NCBI GenBank assembly: GCA_049719515.1
Contig: JBNARJ010000011.1
Coordinates: 816-64,815, forward strand
Length of the DNA: 64,000 bases
DNA from: Candidatus Saccharicenans sp.
Lineage (GTDB): Bacteria; Acidobacteriota; Aminicenantia; Aminicenantales; Saccharicenantaceae
Direction: 5' to 3'
Shown piece after piece: positions 37,867 through 48,364 of this stretch. Position numbers and translations under genes: made by a program. A model generated the notes under the pieces. That model saw nothing but the letters and a program-made list of their open reading frames with translations. It was not told the origin of the DNA and did not search any database. How positions within the stretch are numbered: the stretch's first letter is position 1; each line of letters starts with the position of its first letter.

Positions 37867-38856
37867 ATGGATATAAAATTAAGCATCGAAAAGAATAGCC
37901 CGGTTCCAGCCTACAGGCAGATCATCAGGCAGATAACCTCGATGATCCGCGATGGGTCAATTAAGCCTGGAGATAAGCTGCCCACTGAAAGGGAGCTTGC
38001 CCAGCAATTACAGATAGCCAGGGGGACGGTTAAAAAGGCTTATGAACTGATGGTTAAAGAAGGCCTGATTGAGACCACTCAGGGCCGGGGAACTTTTGTT
38101 TCGGCGAGGCAGGATATTATTCCCAGCGGCCGCAAGGAAAAAGCCATGAAAATGATAGACGGTCTGATTGATGAATTGCGAAGGCTAAATTTTTCTTACC
38201 AGGAAATAAGAACTTTTGTGGAAGTGGCTTTAATCCAGCGGGAAGAAAAATTGGAGAATTTCAATGTGGCTATCATAGATTGCAACCCGGAAAGTTTGGC
38301 TATTTTTGAAAGACAGCTCACTTTTCTCAAGCACGTCCGGGTTTCCAGATTTCTTCTGGACGAAGTTGTGGCCGACCCGCAGGCTGAACGAAGGCTTGAA
38401 CCTTTTGACTTAATCCTGACCACCAGCACCCACTACAGCGAACTATTGGGTAAAATCGCCAGGCTTAAGGACAGATTGATTCAGGTAGCTGTGTCCCCCA
38501 GCCAGGAAACCATAATCGAGATGGCTAGCTTGAGCCCCATTCAGAGGCTGGGTGTGGTTTGCGAGAGCCAGAATTTCCTGGCCAGAGTGGTAGATAGAAT
38601 AAAAGAGATGGGCCTGGCCACCGGTCAGATTCCTTATTTGTTTTTTAAGGACGAAGAAAACCTGCCCGAGTTTTTGGAAAAGGTTGATGTGGTTTTTGTT
38701 CCGCCAGGTTATCAGCTCCAGAGAAAGAAAGAAAACCTGGCCGCCGTTCAAAATTTTACTCAAAGAGGGGGTAAGGTCATCGTTTTTGACTACCAGATCG
38801 AAAGAGGTTCATTACTTTATGTGGAAGAAAGAATCAGCCAGCTTTTGAACCCTTGA
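37867..38856 (+). CDS. GntR-family transcriptional regulator with large C-terminal effector domain
   Basis: An N-terminal winged HTH (PGDKLPTERELAQQLQIARGTVKKAYELMVKEGLI). Start moved to MDIKLS (37867; GAGG RBS) rather than the track start 37807. Confidence 0.7.
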   Translation: MDIKLSIEKNSPVPAYRQIIRQITSMIRDGSIKPGDKLPTERELAQQLQIARGTVKKAYELMVKEGLIETTQGRGTFVSARQDIIPSGRKEKAMKMIDGLIDELRRLNFSYQEIRTFVEVALIQREEKLENFNVAIIDCNPESLAIFERQLTFLKHVRVSRFLLDEVVADPQAERRLEPFDLILTTSTHYSELLGKIARLKDRLIQVAVSPSQETIIEMASLSPIQRLGVVCESQNFLARVVDRIKEMGLATGQIPYLFFKDEENLPEFLEKVDVVFVPPGYQLQRKKENLAAVQNFTQRGGKVIVFDYQIERGSLLYVEERISQLLNP

Positions 38857-38910
38857 ATTTAAGCCAGTTTCACGCGGTCTTCAGTCATTTAAGTAACTAA
38901 GGAAAGGTTT

Positions 38911-39429
38911 ATGAGCAGTAAAGCAGGAGAAGTAAAAATGGAAAAAGACACTATCATCCTTGGAGTGATAGGAGCCGATTGCCATTCGGTGGGCAATAAA
39001 ATTCTGGAATTGTTTTTTAGCTCTGAGGGTTTTAGGGTGGTTAACCTGGGAGTAATGGTTTCTCAACAGGAGTTTATCAACGCGGCCATTGAGACCAATG
39101 CCAAAGCCATCCTGGTTTCCTCTCTGTATGGTCATGGGGAAATTGATTGCCAGGGGTTCCGCGAGTTGTGTCTGGAGAAAGGGCTGGACCCGATAATCCT
39201 TTATGTGGGCGGAAACCTGGTGGTGGGGAAAACGCCTTTTTCGGTGGTGGAAGAAAAATTTAAGAAGATGGGCTTTGACCGTGTCTTCCCGCCTGATGTG
39301 GACCTGAAGAAGGTGGCTGAACTGCTCAGGCAGGATATCAGGGAAAAATTCGGTCAGTTGGCTTCCGACAATAAAAGCCAGCTTCTCACTGAAGAAAAAA
39401 CCGATGGCGGTCAGCCGAACAGGCCTTGA
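38911..39429 (+). CDS. glmS: Glutamate mutase sigma (S) subunit, B12-binding (alternative start at 38938 MEKDTI...)
   Basis: GVIGADCHSVGNKIL carries the DxHxxG cobalamin-binding motif and matches GlmS/MamA N-termini. About 160 aa. Confidence 0.85.
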   Translation: MSSKAGEVKMEKDTIILGVIGADCHSVGNKILELFFSSEGFRVVNLGVMVSQQEFINAAIETNAKAILVSSLYGHGEIDCQGFRELCLEKGLDPIILYVGGNLVVGKTPFSVVEEKFKKMGFDRVFPPDVDLKKVAELLRQDIREKFGQLASDNKSQLLTEEKTDGGQPNRP

Positions 39430-40835
39430 ACATGAAGACCATAATCAGTATTGACATAGGTTCTACCTGGACAAAGGGCGGAATTTTTGTCCTGGAAAAT
39501 TCGGCACTCAAACTGAAGAAAAAAGTGGTGTTGCCCACCACGCAATCCAACCTTGTCCTGGGTTTTTCCGAAGTGCTGTCCGCTCTCCTGGAAAAGGAAA
39601 AATCCACGCCTTTAGAGATGTTATCCGGCTCGGCCGAATTATTTTTTTCTTCTTCAGCTAAGGGCGGGTTGAGAATCTCAGCCATCGGTCTTGTTCCGGA
39701 CCTGACTCTCCAGTTGGCCAGATTGGCCGCCATGTCGGCCGGGGGCAAGGTCATTCAGAGTTTTTCTTTTGCCCTGACCAGGAGCGACGTAAAAGAGCTG
39801 GAAAAGCAGCGGCCGGATATCATCCTGTTCAGCGGGGGAACCGATGGCGGAAACAGCAAGTACATCCTGGAAAATGCTCTGAAGCTTAAAGCCTCAGAGA
39901 TTTCCTGTCCCATAGTGTACGCCGGCAACCGGGCGGTGGCTGACGAGGTGGCGGATATTCTCCGCGAAAAAGAAGTCATCATCACGGAAAACCTGATGCC
40001 AGAAATAGGTCAGGTTAATATCGAACCCGTGCGGGAAAAAATACGTGAAATTTTCCTCAAGCGAATTGTCAGCGGACGCGGGCTAACGCAAATCGTAGAA
40101 AATTTTGGTACCCAGCCCAAACCAACGCCGCTGGCCGTCTATGAATTGATTTCGGCCATTCCCGCCCACCATCCTGAATGGTCAGATCTGGCTGCTATTG
40201 ATATTGGCGGGGCGACCACTGATTTTTATTCCAACACTGAATCTTATCTGGAAACCGACTCGGTCATTCTCAAGGGAGTTCGTGAACCGAGAGTTAAAAG
40301 AACGGTTGAAGGCGACCTGGGCCTGAGAGTTTCAGCCCATTCACTTTATGACACGGCGCGGGATTATTTAGAAGGTCGGCTGAAAGAACTTGGGCTTAAG
40401 ATGGAAAAGCTGGAAGAATACGTTGACAGGATTGCCAGGACGACTGAATACCTGCCCAGGACCGAGGAAGAAATTCTTTTTGACCGTTTGCTGGCTGAAG
40501 CCTGTGTGTATTTTTCTGCTCTAAGACACATCGGTGGCTGGAAAGAAACTTTTACTCCGCAGGGGAAGGTCTATGTGCAGACCGGAAAAGACCTCAGGCG
40601 AGTTAAAGCCATTATTGGCAGCGGCGGTTATCTTTCACAGGAAAGGTCAGCTGAAGTAATGCAACGGCCGCTGGAAAAACTTAAATTTTACGGGGATGAA
40701 AGAAAACTCACGCCGGAAAAACCTGAATTCTACCGTGACCGAGATTATCTTTTTCCTCTGCTTGGCAACCTGGTTGAGAAATATCCAAAAGAAGCGGCTT
40801 CCGCCGCCTTGGCTTCTTTAGAAAAATTATCATGA
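39426..40835 (+). CDS. glmL: Glutamate mutase accessory protein GlmL/MutL
   Basis: 469 aa, lying between the S and E subunit genes as in clostridial glm operons. An N-terminal IDIGSTWTKG actin/ASKHA-like motif. ATGA overlap with glmS. Confidence 0.7.
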   Translation: MNMKTIISIDIGSTWTKGGIFVLENSALKLKKKVVLPTTQSNLVLGFSEVLSALLEKEKSTPLEMLSGSAELFFSSSAKGGLRISAIGLVPDLTLQLARLAAMSAGGKVIQSFSFALTRSDVKELEKQRPDIILFSGGTDGGNSKYILENALKLKASEISCPIVYAGNRAVADEVADILREKEVIITENLMPEIGQVNIEPVREKIREIFLKRIVSGRGLTQIVENFGTQPKPTPLAVYELISAIPAHHPEWSDLAAIDIGGATTDFYSNTESYLETDSVILKGVREPRVKRTVEGDLGLRVSAHSLYDTARDYLEGRLKELGLKMEKLEEYVDRIARTTEYLPRTEEEILFDRLLAEACVYFSALRHIGGWKETFTPQGKVYVQTGKDLRRVKAIIGSGGYLSQERSAEVMQRPLEKLKFYGDERKLTPEKPEFYRDRDYLFPLLGNLVEKYPKEAASAALASLEKLS

Positions 40836-40847
40836 GAGGTTAGGAAG

Positions 40848-42296
40848 ATGATTAAGAACCAAAAAATAGACCTTAAAGAATTCCTGGAAATCAGAAAAGA
40901 AGTTTTGCAAACCTGGCCTACCGGCCAGAATGTTTCAATTGAAGAAGGAATAAGATACCACCGGACGATTCCGGAAGAAAAGAATTTCTCGTTAGCCATG
41001 CTCCGGGCGAAAAAGAGTCGAAAAACCCTTCTTCAGCCAAGAGCCGGTGTGGCACTGATTGATGACCACATCAAGCTGCTGCGCTACTTAGAAACAGAAG
41101 GACAGGCTGACCTTCTGCCGACGACTATTGACGCCTATACCAGACAAAACAGGTATGAAGAGGCAGAAAAAGGTATTGAAAAATCAAAGCAAGCCGGCAC
41201 CTCCATGCTCAACGGGTTCCCGGCGGTCAATTATGGTGTCGAAGGCTGCCGGAGGGTGGTGGAAAGCGTCATCCGTCCAGTTCAGGTCAGGCACGGCACG
41301 CCGGATGCCCGGCTGCTGGCCGAGATAACCCTGGCGGCCGGTTTTACCAGCTTTGAAGGTGGCGGCATCTCTTACAACATTCCTTATGCCAAGCGAGTTC
41401 CGGTGGAGAAATCTCTTAGAGACTGGCAGTATGTCGACCGTTTGGTCGGTATATATGAAGAAAACGGAGTAAGAATAAACCGAGAGCCATTCGGACCTCT
41501 TACCGGCACTTTGGTGCCGCCGTGCATTTCTATCGCGGTGGGAATCATAGAGGGGCTGTTGGCAATTAAACAGGGGGTAAAGTCAATTACCTTGGGATAC
41601 GGGCAGGGCGGCAACATCATTCAGGATGTGGCCGCCATTGCTGCCCTTCGAGAGCTGGCTGAAGAATATTTTCGCCAGGAAGGCTATGATGACATTGAAC
41701 TAACCACTGTCTTTCACCAGTGGATGGGCGGTTTCCCGGAGGATGAAGCCAAAGCCTTTTCGGTAATTGCCCTGGGAGCCATCGTGGCCAAACTTTCGGG
41801 CGCAGAAAAAGTTATCGTCAAGTCGCCGCATGAAGCCATGGGTATTCCGACCAAAGAAGCCAATGCCCAGGGGCTGCGAGCCACCCGCCAGGCTATCAGC
41901 ATGGTAGAAGACCAGGTGATTTTTAAGCCCGAAGACCTTAAAACCGAAGTCGACTTAATAAAGGAAGAGGTCCGTTGTCTGATGAATAAAGTTTACGAAC
42001 TCGGCCATGGTGATGTGGCCGCAGGCACAGTGGCTGCTTTTGAAGCGGGTGTGCTGGACATTCCTTTTGCGCCTTCCATCTACAACCACGGGAAAATAAT
42101 CCCGATGCGTGATAACGAAGGCTTTATCAGGATTTTCAGCAAAGGGAATTTGCCGCTCAGCGAGGAAATCATGGCTTACCATCGGCAGAGGCTGCAGGAA
42201 AGAGCCAGAGCGGAAGGGCGGGCTATCAGCTTTGAGATGGTCACTGACGATATTTATGCCATCAGCAAAGGAAAATTAGTTGGGAGGCCCAGATGA
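40848..42296 (+). CDS. glmE: Glutamate mutase epsilon (E) subunit (methylaspartate mutase)
   Basis: 482 aa. The size and TIM-barrel-like pattern match GlmE. Its position follows glmL. Confidence 0.8.
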   Translation: MIKNQKIDLKEFLEIRKEVLQTWPTGQNVSIEEGIRYHRTIPEEKNFSLAMLRAKKSRKTLLQPRAGVALIDDHIKLLRYLETEGQADLLPTTIDAYTRQNRYEEAEKGIEKSKQAGTSMLNGFPAVNYGVEGCRRVVESVIRPVQVRHGTPDARLLAEITLAAGFTSFEGGGISYNIPYAKRVPVEKSLRDWQYVDRLVGIYEENGVRINREPFGPLTGTLVPPCISIAVGIIEGLLAIKQGVKSITLGYGQGGNIIQDVAAIAALRELAEEYFRQEGYDDIELTTVFHQWMGGFPEDEAKAFSVIALGAIVAKLSGAEKVIVKSPHEAMGIPTKEANAQGLRATRQAISMVEDQVIFKPEDLKTEVDLIKEEVRCLMNKVYELGHGDVAAGTVAAFEAGVLDIPFAPSIYNHGKIIPMRDNEGFIRIFSKGNLPLSEEIMAYHRQRLQERARAEGRAISFEMVTDDIYAISKGKLVGRPR

Positions 42297-43546
42297 AAAT
42301 AAAAAGAGTTCTGTTTGTTCCTGGGAAATCGGCTTTCTTTTTTGATGACCAGAAAGCCATTAAAAAAGGAGCCAGGCCGAACGGTTTTGTCTACGAGGGC
42401 AAAGCCGTGACCAAAGGGTTTGAAAGGATCAGAATAGCCGGTGAAAGCATTTCCGTCATCCTGGAGCTGGAAGACGGACAATTGGCCGTGGGTGATTGCG
42501 CCGCTGTGCAGTATTCCGGGGTTGGTGGCCGTGACCCGCTTTTTCTGGCCGAACACTACCTGCCCTTCATGGAAAGGCACCTCAAACCACTGCTTGAGGG
42601 GCTGGAAGTAACTTCCTTCCGTCAGCTGGCTGACCGCTTTGAAAACATGAAATTTGAGGGAAAGAGGCTTCATACGGCCATCAGATACGGTTTATCGCAG
42701 GCTCTGCTGGACGCCCGGGCTAAAGCCGAAAAAAAGCTTAAGACGGAAGTCATCTGCGAAGAATATAACCTGCCGATTATCCCCGAGCGGATAAAAATTT
42801 TCGGGCAGTCCGGGGATGACCGTTACACCAATGCGGATAAGATGATCCTCAAACAGGTCGATGCTCTGCCTCACGCGCTGATCAACAACGTTGAGGACAA
42901 GCTGGGTCGCCAGGGAGAAAAATTGAGAGAATACATTCGCTGGCTGGTTGCCCGGATAATCAAGCTGAGAACCAGAGAAGATTATCGGCCTGATATTCAT
43001 ATTGATGTCTATGGAACAATAGGCCTCATATTTGATGGAGACACGGAACGGGTGGCGGATTATCTGGCTTCCCTGGAAAAAGAAGCGGACGGGTTTAATC
43101 TCTACATAGAAGGCCCGGTCGATATGGAAGAAAAATACCGGCAGATGGAAGCCCTGGCCAGGATTACCAGGAAGCTGGAATCGATGGGGTCGAGGGTAAA
43201 AGTGGTGGCTGACGAACACTGCAATACTCTGGAAGATATCAAGGAATTTACCGATGCCCGGGCCTGCCACATGATTCAGATAAAAACGCCCGACCTGGGT
43301 GGCATTCAGAATGTGGCGGAAGCCAATCTCTACTGTAAAGCTCATGGAATAGAAGCCTATCAGGGCGGTACCTGCAATGAAACTGACATTTCAGCCCAGG
43401 CCTGCGTGCACGTGGCCATGGCCACCAGACCGGACCGCATGCTGGCCAAACCGGGGATGGGCTTTGACGAAGGTTTCATGATTGTGAATAATGAAATGGA
43501 ACGAATCATCCGGGTGCTGAAGATGAAATACGCGGAGAATAAATAA
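42293..43546 (+). CDS. mal: 3-Methylaspartate ammonia-lyase (beta-methylaspartase, enolase superfamily)
   Basis: 417 aa. An N-terminal [20 protein letters not shown]...-type beginning and enolase-superfamily layout. ATGA overlap with glmE. Confidence 0.8.
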   Translation: MKIKRVLFVPGKSAFFFDDQKAIKKGARPNGFVYEGKAVTKGFERIRIAGESISVILELEDGQLAVGDCAAVQYSGVGGRDPLFLAEHYLPFMERHLKPLLEGLEVTSFRQLADRFENMKFEGKRLHTAIRYGLSQALLDARAKAEKKLKTEVICEEYNLPIIPERIKIFGQSGDDRYTNADKMILKQVDALPHALINNVEDKLGRQGEKLREYIRWLVARIIKLRTREDYRPDIHIDVYGTIGLIFDGDTERVADYLASLEKEADGFNLYIEGPVDMEEKYRQMEALARITRKLESMGSRVKVVADEHCNTLEDIKEFTDARACHMIQIKTPDLGGIQNVAEANLYCKAHGIEAYQGGTCNETDISAQACVHVAMATRPDRMLAKPGMGFDEGFMIVNNEMERIIRVLKMKYAENK

Positions 43547-44929
43547 ATGAAAAAAGCCAGTCAGAAAAAAATAAAACTTCCACCCTTTAAAATTCTTTCG
43601 ACCACGGCCATCCTGGGCTACGGCTTCCCGGAGAGCTCTTTTCGCCGCGGCCTGAGCCGGAAGCCAGATTTAATCGCGGCGGATGCTGGCTCGACCGACC
43701 CGGGACCGTATTATCTCGGAGCCGGGAAATCCTTTACCAACCGCACCGCGGTTAAAAGAGATTTGCGGCTGATGATAAAGGCCGGGGTAGAAAAAAATAT
43801 CCCGGTTATCATCGGTACGGCGGGCGGTTCAGGGGCCAGGCCACACCTGGAATGGTGTTTGGAAATTGTGCGAGAAATTGCCAGAGAAGAAAAGCTTCAT
43901 TTCAAACTGGGTATTGCCCATGCCGATGTGGATAAAAAGACCGTAAAAGAGGCTCTCAAGAAAGGGAACATCAAACCGCTGCCCTTCGTGCCCGAGCTCA
44001 CGCCAGAAGTTGTTGACCAGAGTGAAAACATCGTGGCCCAAATGGGGGTGGAGCCGTTCATCAAGTTGCTGGAACAGGGTTGCCAGGTCATTGTGGCCGG
44101 TCGGTCTTATGACCCGGCTGTTTTTGCCGCTCTGCCCATTGCCCGCGGTTATGACTCCGGGCTGGCACTTCACCTGGGAAAGATTCTGGAATGCGCGGCC
44201 ATCGCCGCCACTCCAGGTTCCGGTTCTGATTGCGCTCTGGGGATTCTGGAAGAAGATTCTTTTGTCTTGGAAGCCCTTTCCCCGGAAAGAAAATTCACCC
44301 CACAATCAGCGGCCGCTCATACCCTTTATGAGAAATCAGACCCTTACGAGCTTCCTGGCCCGGGTGGCGTCATAAACTTAAGAGAATGCAGCTTTGAGGA
44401 TATAGGCCATGGCCGGGTTCGGGTCAGGGGGAGCAGGTTCATTCCGACTGAACAGTACTGGGTTAAACTCGAAGGGGTCAGGCTCATCGGCCACAGGTCA
44501 ATCAGCGTGGCTGGAGTTCGTGACCCAATCATGATTTCAAAGATTGATGAAATTTTGAAAGCGGTGGAAGCCAGGTCCAGAGAAATAATGGGGCAGGAAG
44601 CCGAGCAGGGCCGGATATTTTTCCACGTTTACGGAAAAAACGGGGTGATGGGGCAGCTGGAGCCGGTTAAGAAGATTCAGTCGCATGAACTTGGCCTGGT
44701 GATTGAGGCCATCGCCCCCACCCAGGAAGCGGCCGATGCTTTGCTGGCTGTGACCCGTTCGGCTCTTTTACATTACGGATATGAAGGACGGATAGCTACG
44801 GCCGGCAACCTGGCCTTTCCTTTTTCGCCTTCCGATGTGGCCATGGGCAAAGTATTTGAGTTTTCAATCTATCACCTCATGAAGCTTGAAGACCCGGCCC
44901 TGTTTAAAACTGAAGTGGAAAAAATTTAG
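43547..44929 (+). CDS. DUF1446 (AtuA-like) family protein, tentative
   Basis: 460 aa. Assigned by recall of the AtuA-like N-terminal region. It is followed by a small ORF that resembles the DUF4387 partner. Not verified by search. Confidence 0.4.
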   Translation: MKKASQKKIKLPPFKILSTTAILGYGFPESSFRRGLSRKPDLIAADAGSTDPGPYYLGAGKSFTNRTAVKRDLRLMIKAGVEKNIPVIIGTAGGSGARPHLEWCLEIVREIAREEKLHFKLGIAHADVDKKTVKEALKKGNIKPLPFVPELTPEVVDQSENIVAQMGVEPFIKLLEQGCQVIVAGRSYDPAVFAALPIARGYDSGLALHLGKILECAAIAATPGSGSDCALGILEEDSFVLEALSPERKFTPQSAAAHTLYEKSDPYELPGPGGVINLRECSFEDIGHGRVRVRGSRFIPTEQYWVKLEGVRLIGHRSISVAGVRDPIMISKIDEILKAVEARSREIMGQEAEQGRIFFHVYGKNGVMGQLEPVKKIQSHELGLVIEAIAPTQEAADALLAVTRSALLHYGYEGRIATAGNLAFPFSPSDVAMGKVFEFSIYHLMKLEDPALFKTEVEKI

Positions 44930-44939
44930 GGGGACATAG

Positions 44940-45287
44940 ATGGCCCAAACAAAAAGAAAAATCAGTAAAGTTAGTAAAAAAAGAAGTATCCTGGAAGTGG
45001 CCAGGGTTATCCGTTCAAAAAACTCTGGACCTTTTGAGCTGACTCTTGATATCATGTTCAAGGACAAGAAATATTTTGATTACTTCCGTAAGAAAAAGGT
45101 CATTACGGCCAAAAAGATAGCCAGGCTCTACGGGATTCCGGAAACCGAGGTGCTTAAGATTGTTTACTTTGAACCGAGCCAGGCCATCAAAGTGACCATA
45201 AAAAGGAAAATACCATCGGGCTCACCCGGCGACACGGATATTTACGGAGCTCAGCAGCATGCGCCTTTGCTGGACCTGACCTTTTAA
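44940..45287 (+). CDS. DUF4387-like small protein (partner of DUF1446), tentative
   Basis: 115 aa. GPFELTLDIMFKD ... YGAQQHAPL pattern as recalled for DUF4387. Combined length with the preceding ORF is about that of fused AtuA proteins. Confidence 0.4.
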   Translation: MAQTKRKISKVSKKRSILEVARVIRSKNSGPFELTLDIMFKDKKYFDYFRKKKVITAKKIARLYGIPETEVLKIVYFEPSQAIKVTIKRKIPSGSPGDTDIYGAQQHAPLLDLTF

Positions 45288-45312
45288 GCCCCGGCGGGCT
45301 TGAGGATAGATA

Positions 45313-46263
45313 ATGGACCCAAAGCAGCTGTCCAGAATTGACACGCTGATTTATGCCGTTTATTACGCGCCCCGCGGACGCTACCGTCTGTATATGGTGG
45401 CCAGTGAAATCGCGCGGCGGTATCTTACGCCCACCGATTATCTGATAGGTATCATAGGGGAAGAAGGAGCCGGCAAATCAACCCTGATTCGTGGCCTTTT
45501 CCCCGGGCTGGAGTTGACCAATGAGGATGAGGGAGTAAACGTCCGGCGGGCACCAATATATTCTTTTTCGCCGGATGATTATTTTTCTGGCCACACTTTT
45601 CACATTGATGTCAGGCACGAGCTGGCCTTTACGCAAAAGTACAAGATTAGGGAAGCAATCAGACGCGCCATAGAGCACAAGCGTCGGGTGGTGGTAGAAC
45701 ATTTTGACCTGATTTATGATGTGCTGGGCTGCAATGCCCAGGTGTTGATTGGCATCGGGGAAGAAATCATCGTGGCCCGGCCGACCGTGTTTGGCCCTTT
45801 TCCCGAGAACATAAAAACAATTGTGGATAGAACCATCAAGTACCGCCTGATGGCGCATTCGGCCGAGGATATAACCACCTATATCCTGGAAAGAGATTAT
45901 CAATACCGTTCTTCGTCGCCTCTGATTCACTCCGATATCAGGCATGGCTTTGTCATAAATTTCAGCGAAAGGCCGGATATCGACCTGGATGAACTCGAAG
46001 AAAAAGTGAAGAAAATCATTGCCGCAGACTTGCCGATAGTCAGCGTGCCCGGTGAAGACGCCATTAAAGTAGGAGACATCAAAATTTACTGCACGGGGCC
46101 GAGGACGCATGTGGACCGCACCGGACAGATAGAGAATTTTCGGCTGCTGAAAGAGTTCAGGCTGAATCCGCTGACCAATGAATTCATGCTCATCGGCATG
46201 GTCGGCCAGAAAACCATCGCCGGTTTTGAGGATATCATCGAGTACATGGACATCGAAGACTGA
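45313..46263 (+). CDS. Hypothetical P-loop NTPase / kinase-like protein
   Basis: Walker A-like IGIIGEEGAGKSTLI. No G-protein G4 (NKxD) motif, so not a MeaB-type chaperone. Confidence 0.4.
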   Translation: MDPKQLSRIDTLIYAVYYAPRGRYRLYMVASEIARRYLTPTDYLIGIIGEEGAGKSTLIRGLFPGLELTNEDEGVNVRRAPIYSFSPDDYFSGHTFHIDVRHELAFTQKYKIREAIRRAIEHKRRVVVEHFDLIYDVLGCNAQVLIGIGEEIIVARPTVFGPFPENIKTIVDRTIKYRLMAHSAEDITTYILERDYQYRSSSPLIHSDIRHGFVINFSERPDIDLDELEEKVKKIIAADLPIVSVPGEDAIKVGDIKIYCTGPRTHVDRTGQIENFRLLKEFRLNPLTNEFMLIGMVGQKTIAGFEDIIEYMDIED

Positions 46264-46289
46264 ATCTTAATTTAGGGGGAGAAGAAACC

Positions 46290-47888
46290 ATGAGATTTAA
46301 ATACGTCCCGCTTTTGCCCAGAGAAAAGCAAAAAATCAGTTACGAAAAATTGACTGACCAGTTTGTAAAAGAAATAAAATGGCGCGGCCGGACCTTCCTC
46401 GAAGTAAAACCCGAGGGGCTGCGGCTTCTGGCCAGAGAAGCTTTGGCCCGGGTAAACTTCTATTTTAGAACTTCTCACCTTGAAAACCTGGCCTCGATTA
46501 TAGACGACCCGGAGGCCTCAGAAAACGATAAGTACGTGGCGGCCATGCTAATAAAAAATGCCATAATTTCGGCTGAAGGGCAGCTGCCGCTCTGCCAGGA
46601 TACGGGTACGGCCAACATCATCGGTTACAAGGGAGAAAATGTGCTGACCGGAGTTGATGATGTTAAATACCTGAGCTGGGGAGTTTTTGACGCCTATACC
46701 GGTCTGAACCTCAGAGCCTCCCAGAATGCACCGCTTTCCATGCTGGAGGAAAAAAATACCGGAAACAACCTGCCGGCTCAGGTGGAGATTTTCAGCACGA
46801 AAGGCAATGAATATCACTTTTACATCATGGCCAAGGGCGGGGGCTCTTCCAACAAGACGGCTCTTTACCAGGAGAACAAATCTCTGTTAAAAGACGATAA
46901 AACGCTGTATGAATTTTTGAAGGACAGGATAAAAGCCATCGGGGTGGCTGCCTGCCCGCCTTACCGGATTGCCGTGGTGGTTGGCGGTCTCTCGCCGGAA
47001 ATGAACCTCAAGACGGTGAAGCTGGCTTCGGCCGGTTTTCTTGACGGCCTGGTCACCAGGCCAACCGGTGAACCGCACGGGTACCGTGATTTGGAGTGGG
47101 AAAAGAAAGTGATGAAAATTGCCAGAGAAACAGGTCTGGGCGCGCAGTTTGGTGGAGTGGCCCTGGCGGTAGAAGCAAGAGTGATCAGGCTTCCCAGGCA
47201 TGGAGGGTCTCTGCCGGTGGGTATTGGGGTAAGCTGCAACGCTGATAGAAACATAAGGGCAAAAATAAACCGGTATGGTCTTTTCCTCGAAAAGCTCGAC
47301 CGGAACCCAAAGCGCTTCCTGGAAAAGGTGGAAAGCTTGAAGCTGGAAAAGGTGCCGGAGGTCGATTTGGACCAGGGCCTGGAGGGGCTGGTGGAGGAGC
47401 TTTCTAAATATCCGGTCGGCAGCCGGGTGAGCCTCACCGGGACGCTGATCGTGGCGCGGGATATGGCTCATCTGAGGTTGAAGAAAATGCTTGATGAGGG
47501 CAGGCCGCTGCCTGAGTACTTTAAAAAATATGCTGTTTATTATGCCGGGCCGGCCAGGGCACCAAAGGGCCTGCCCACCGGAAGTTTTGGGCCGACTTCA
47601 GCTCAGAGAATGGATAATTACGTTGAAGAATTCATGAAGGCCGGGGCTTCAAGAGTAATGCTGGCCAAGGGCAATCGGTCGGAGAAAGTGGTTGAGGCCT
47701 GCCGAAGGTATCGTGGCTTTTACCTGGGCACCATTGGAGGAGCAGCCGCCCTGGTGGCCAAGGAGCACATAATTTCCAGTGAGCTTCTTGATTTTGCCGA
47801 TTTGGGTATGGAAGCCATCAGGAAAATTGTGGTGAAAAACCTGCCGGCTTTTATCATTATTGATGATAAAGGGAATAAGCTGTATTAG
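46290..47888 (+). CDS. Class I (Fe-S) fumarate hydratase family, fused alpha-beta form; candidate mesaconase
   Basis: CQDTGTA motif of the Fe-S hydro-lyase alpha domain and a C-terminal beta-domain in one 532 aa polypeptide. It closes the methylaspartate operon. Confidence 0.75.
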   Translation: MRFKYVPLLPREKQKISYEKLTDQFVKEIKWRGRTFLEVKPEGLRLLAREALARVNFYFRTSHLENLASIIDDPEASENDKYVAAMLIKNAIISAEGQLPLCQDTGTANIIGYKGENVLTGVDDVKYLSWGVFDAYTGLNLRASQNAPLSMLEEKNTGNNLPAQVEIFSTKGNEYHFYIMAKGGGSSNKTALYQENKSLLKDDKTLYEFLKDRIKAIGVAACPPYRIAVVVGGLSPEMNLKTVKLASAGFLDGLVTRPTGEPHGYRDLEWEKKVMKIARETGLGAQFGGVALAVEARVIRLPRHGGSLPVGIGVSCNADRNIRAKINRYGLFLEKLDRNPKRFLEKVESLKLEKVPEVDLDQGLEGLVEELSKYPVGSRVSLTGTLIVARDMAHLRLKKMLDEGRPLPEYFKKYAVYYAGPARAPKGLPTGSFGPTSAQRMDNYVEEFMKAGASRVMLAKGNRSEKVVEACRRYRGFYLGTIGGAAALVAKEHIISSELLDFADLGMEAIRKIVVKNLPAFIIIDDKGNKLY

Positions 47889-47993
47889 TCAGGATGCTTC
47901 GGGCTGGTAAAAGAACTTCAGCTGATTAAATTGGGGGAAAAATCTCCGGACGCCTTCGACCATGTGAGGCTTTGTATTAAAATCAATTTAATA

Positions 47994-48033
47994 TTGTAAT
48001 GAGTATAAAATTGTAATTATTATAAAGTGTAAT
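47994..48033 (+). promoter_or_regulatory. Three direct TGTAAT repeats (spacing 17 and 16 bp), candidate activator sites upstream of a sigma-54 promoter
   Basis: TTGTAAT at 47994 and 48011, GTGTAAT at 48027, and a fourth copy at 48112. The segment is AT-rich. Confidence 0.3.
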
Positions 48034-48321
48034 TTAATATCGTTTGGACTGTTTTTTCCTGGAAATTGCTTTTGCCGGATGGTTTGGCTTTTTAACATTT
48101 GTGACAAAATATTGTAATGGAAATATGGTTATAAAGCCGGCGGACAGGGTTTGATTTTCGCGGCGCTATCCTGAAACTTTATGCCCTCAAACAGGACGTT
48201 TGGTAATGCGGCTGCCCGAGCTTTTCCTGGTTAATTGCTCATTTTAAGGACAGGTGTGCTGATAAAAGGACGTTCGGGCAGGTTTTCTTTTTGACCACAG
48301 GACAAGAAATAATGTTTGACT

Positions 48322-48338
48322 CTGGCACGAATTATGCT
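48322..48338 (+). promoter_or_regulatory. Candidate sigma-54 (-24/-12) promoter
   Basis: TGGCACGaattaTGCT matches TGGCACG-N4-TTGCW, with GG and GC 10 nt apart as in the consensus. It lies about 27 nt upstream of the MRKPP start codon, after an SD (GTGAGGAG). Confidence 0.45.
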
Positions 48339-48364
48339 TAATGTTGATAGTGAGGAGATTAAAT

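Noticed and set aside
45313-46263. MeaB/ArgK-type G-protein chaperone for the B12 mutase
   Set aside because: There is a Walker A motif but no G3 (DxxG) or G4 (NKxD) motif, and the context is glutamate mutase, which uses GlmL rather than MeaB. It is kept as a generic P-loop protein.
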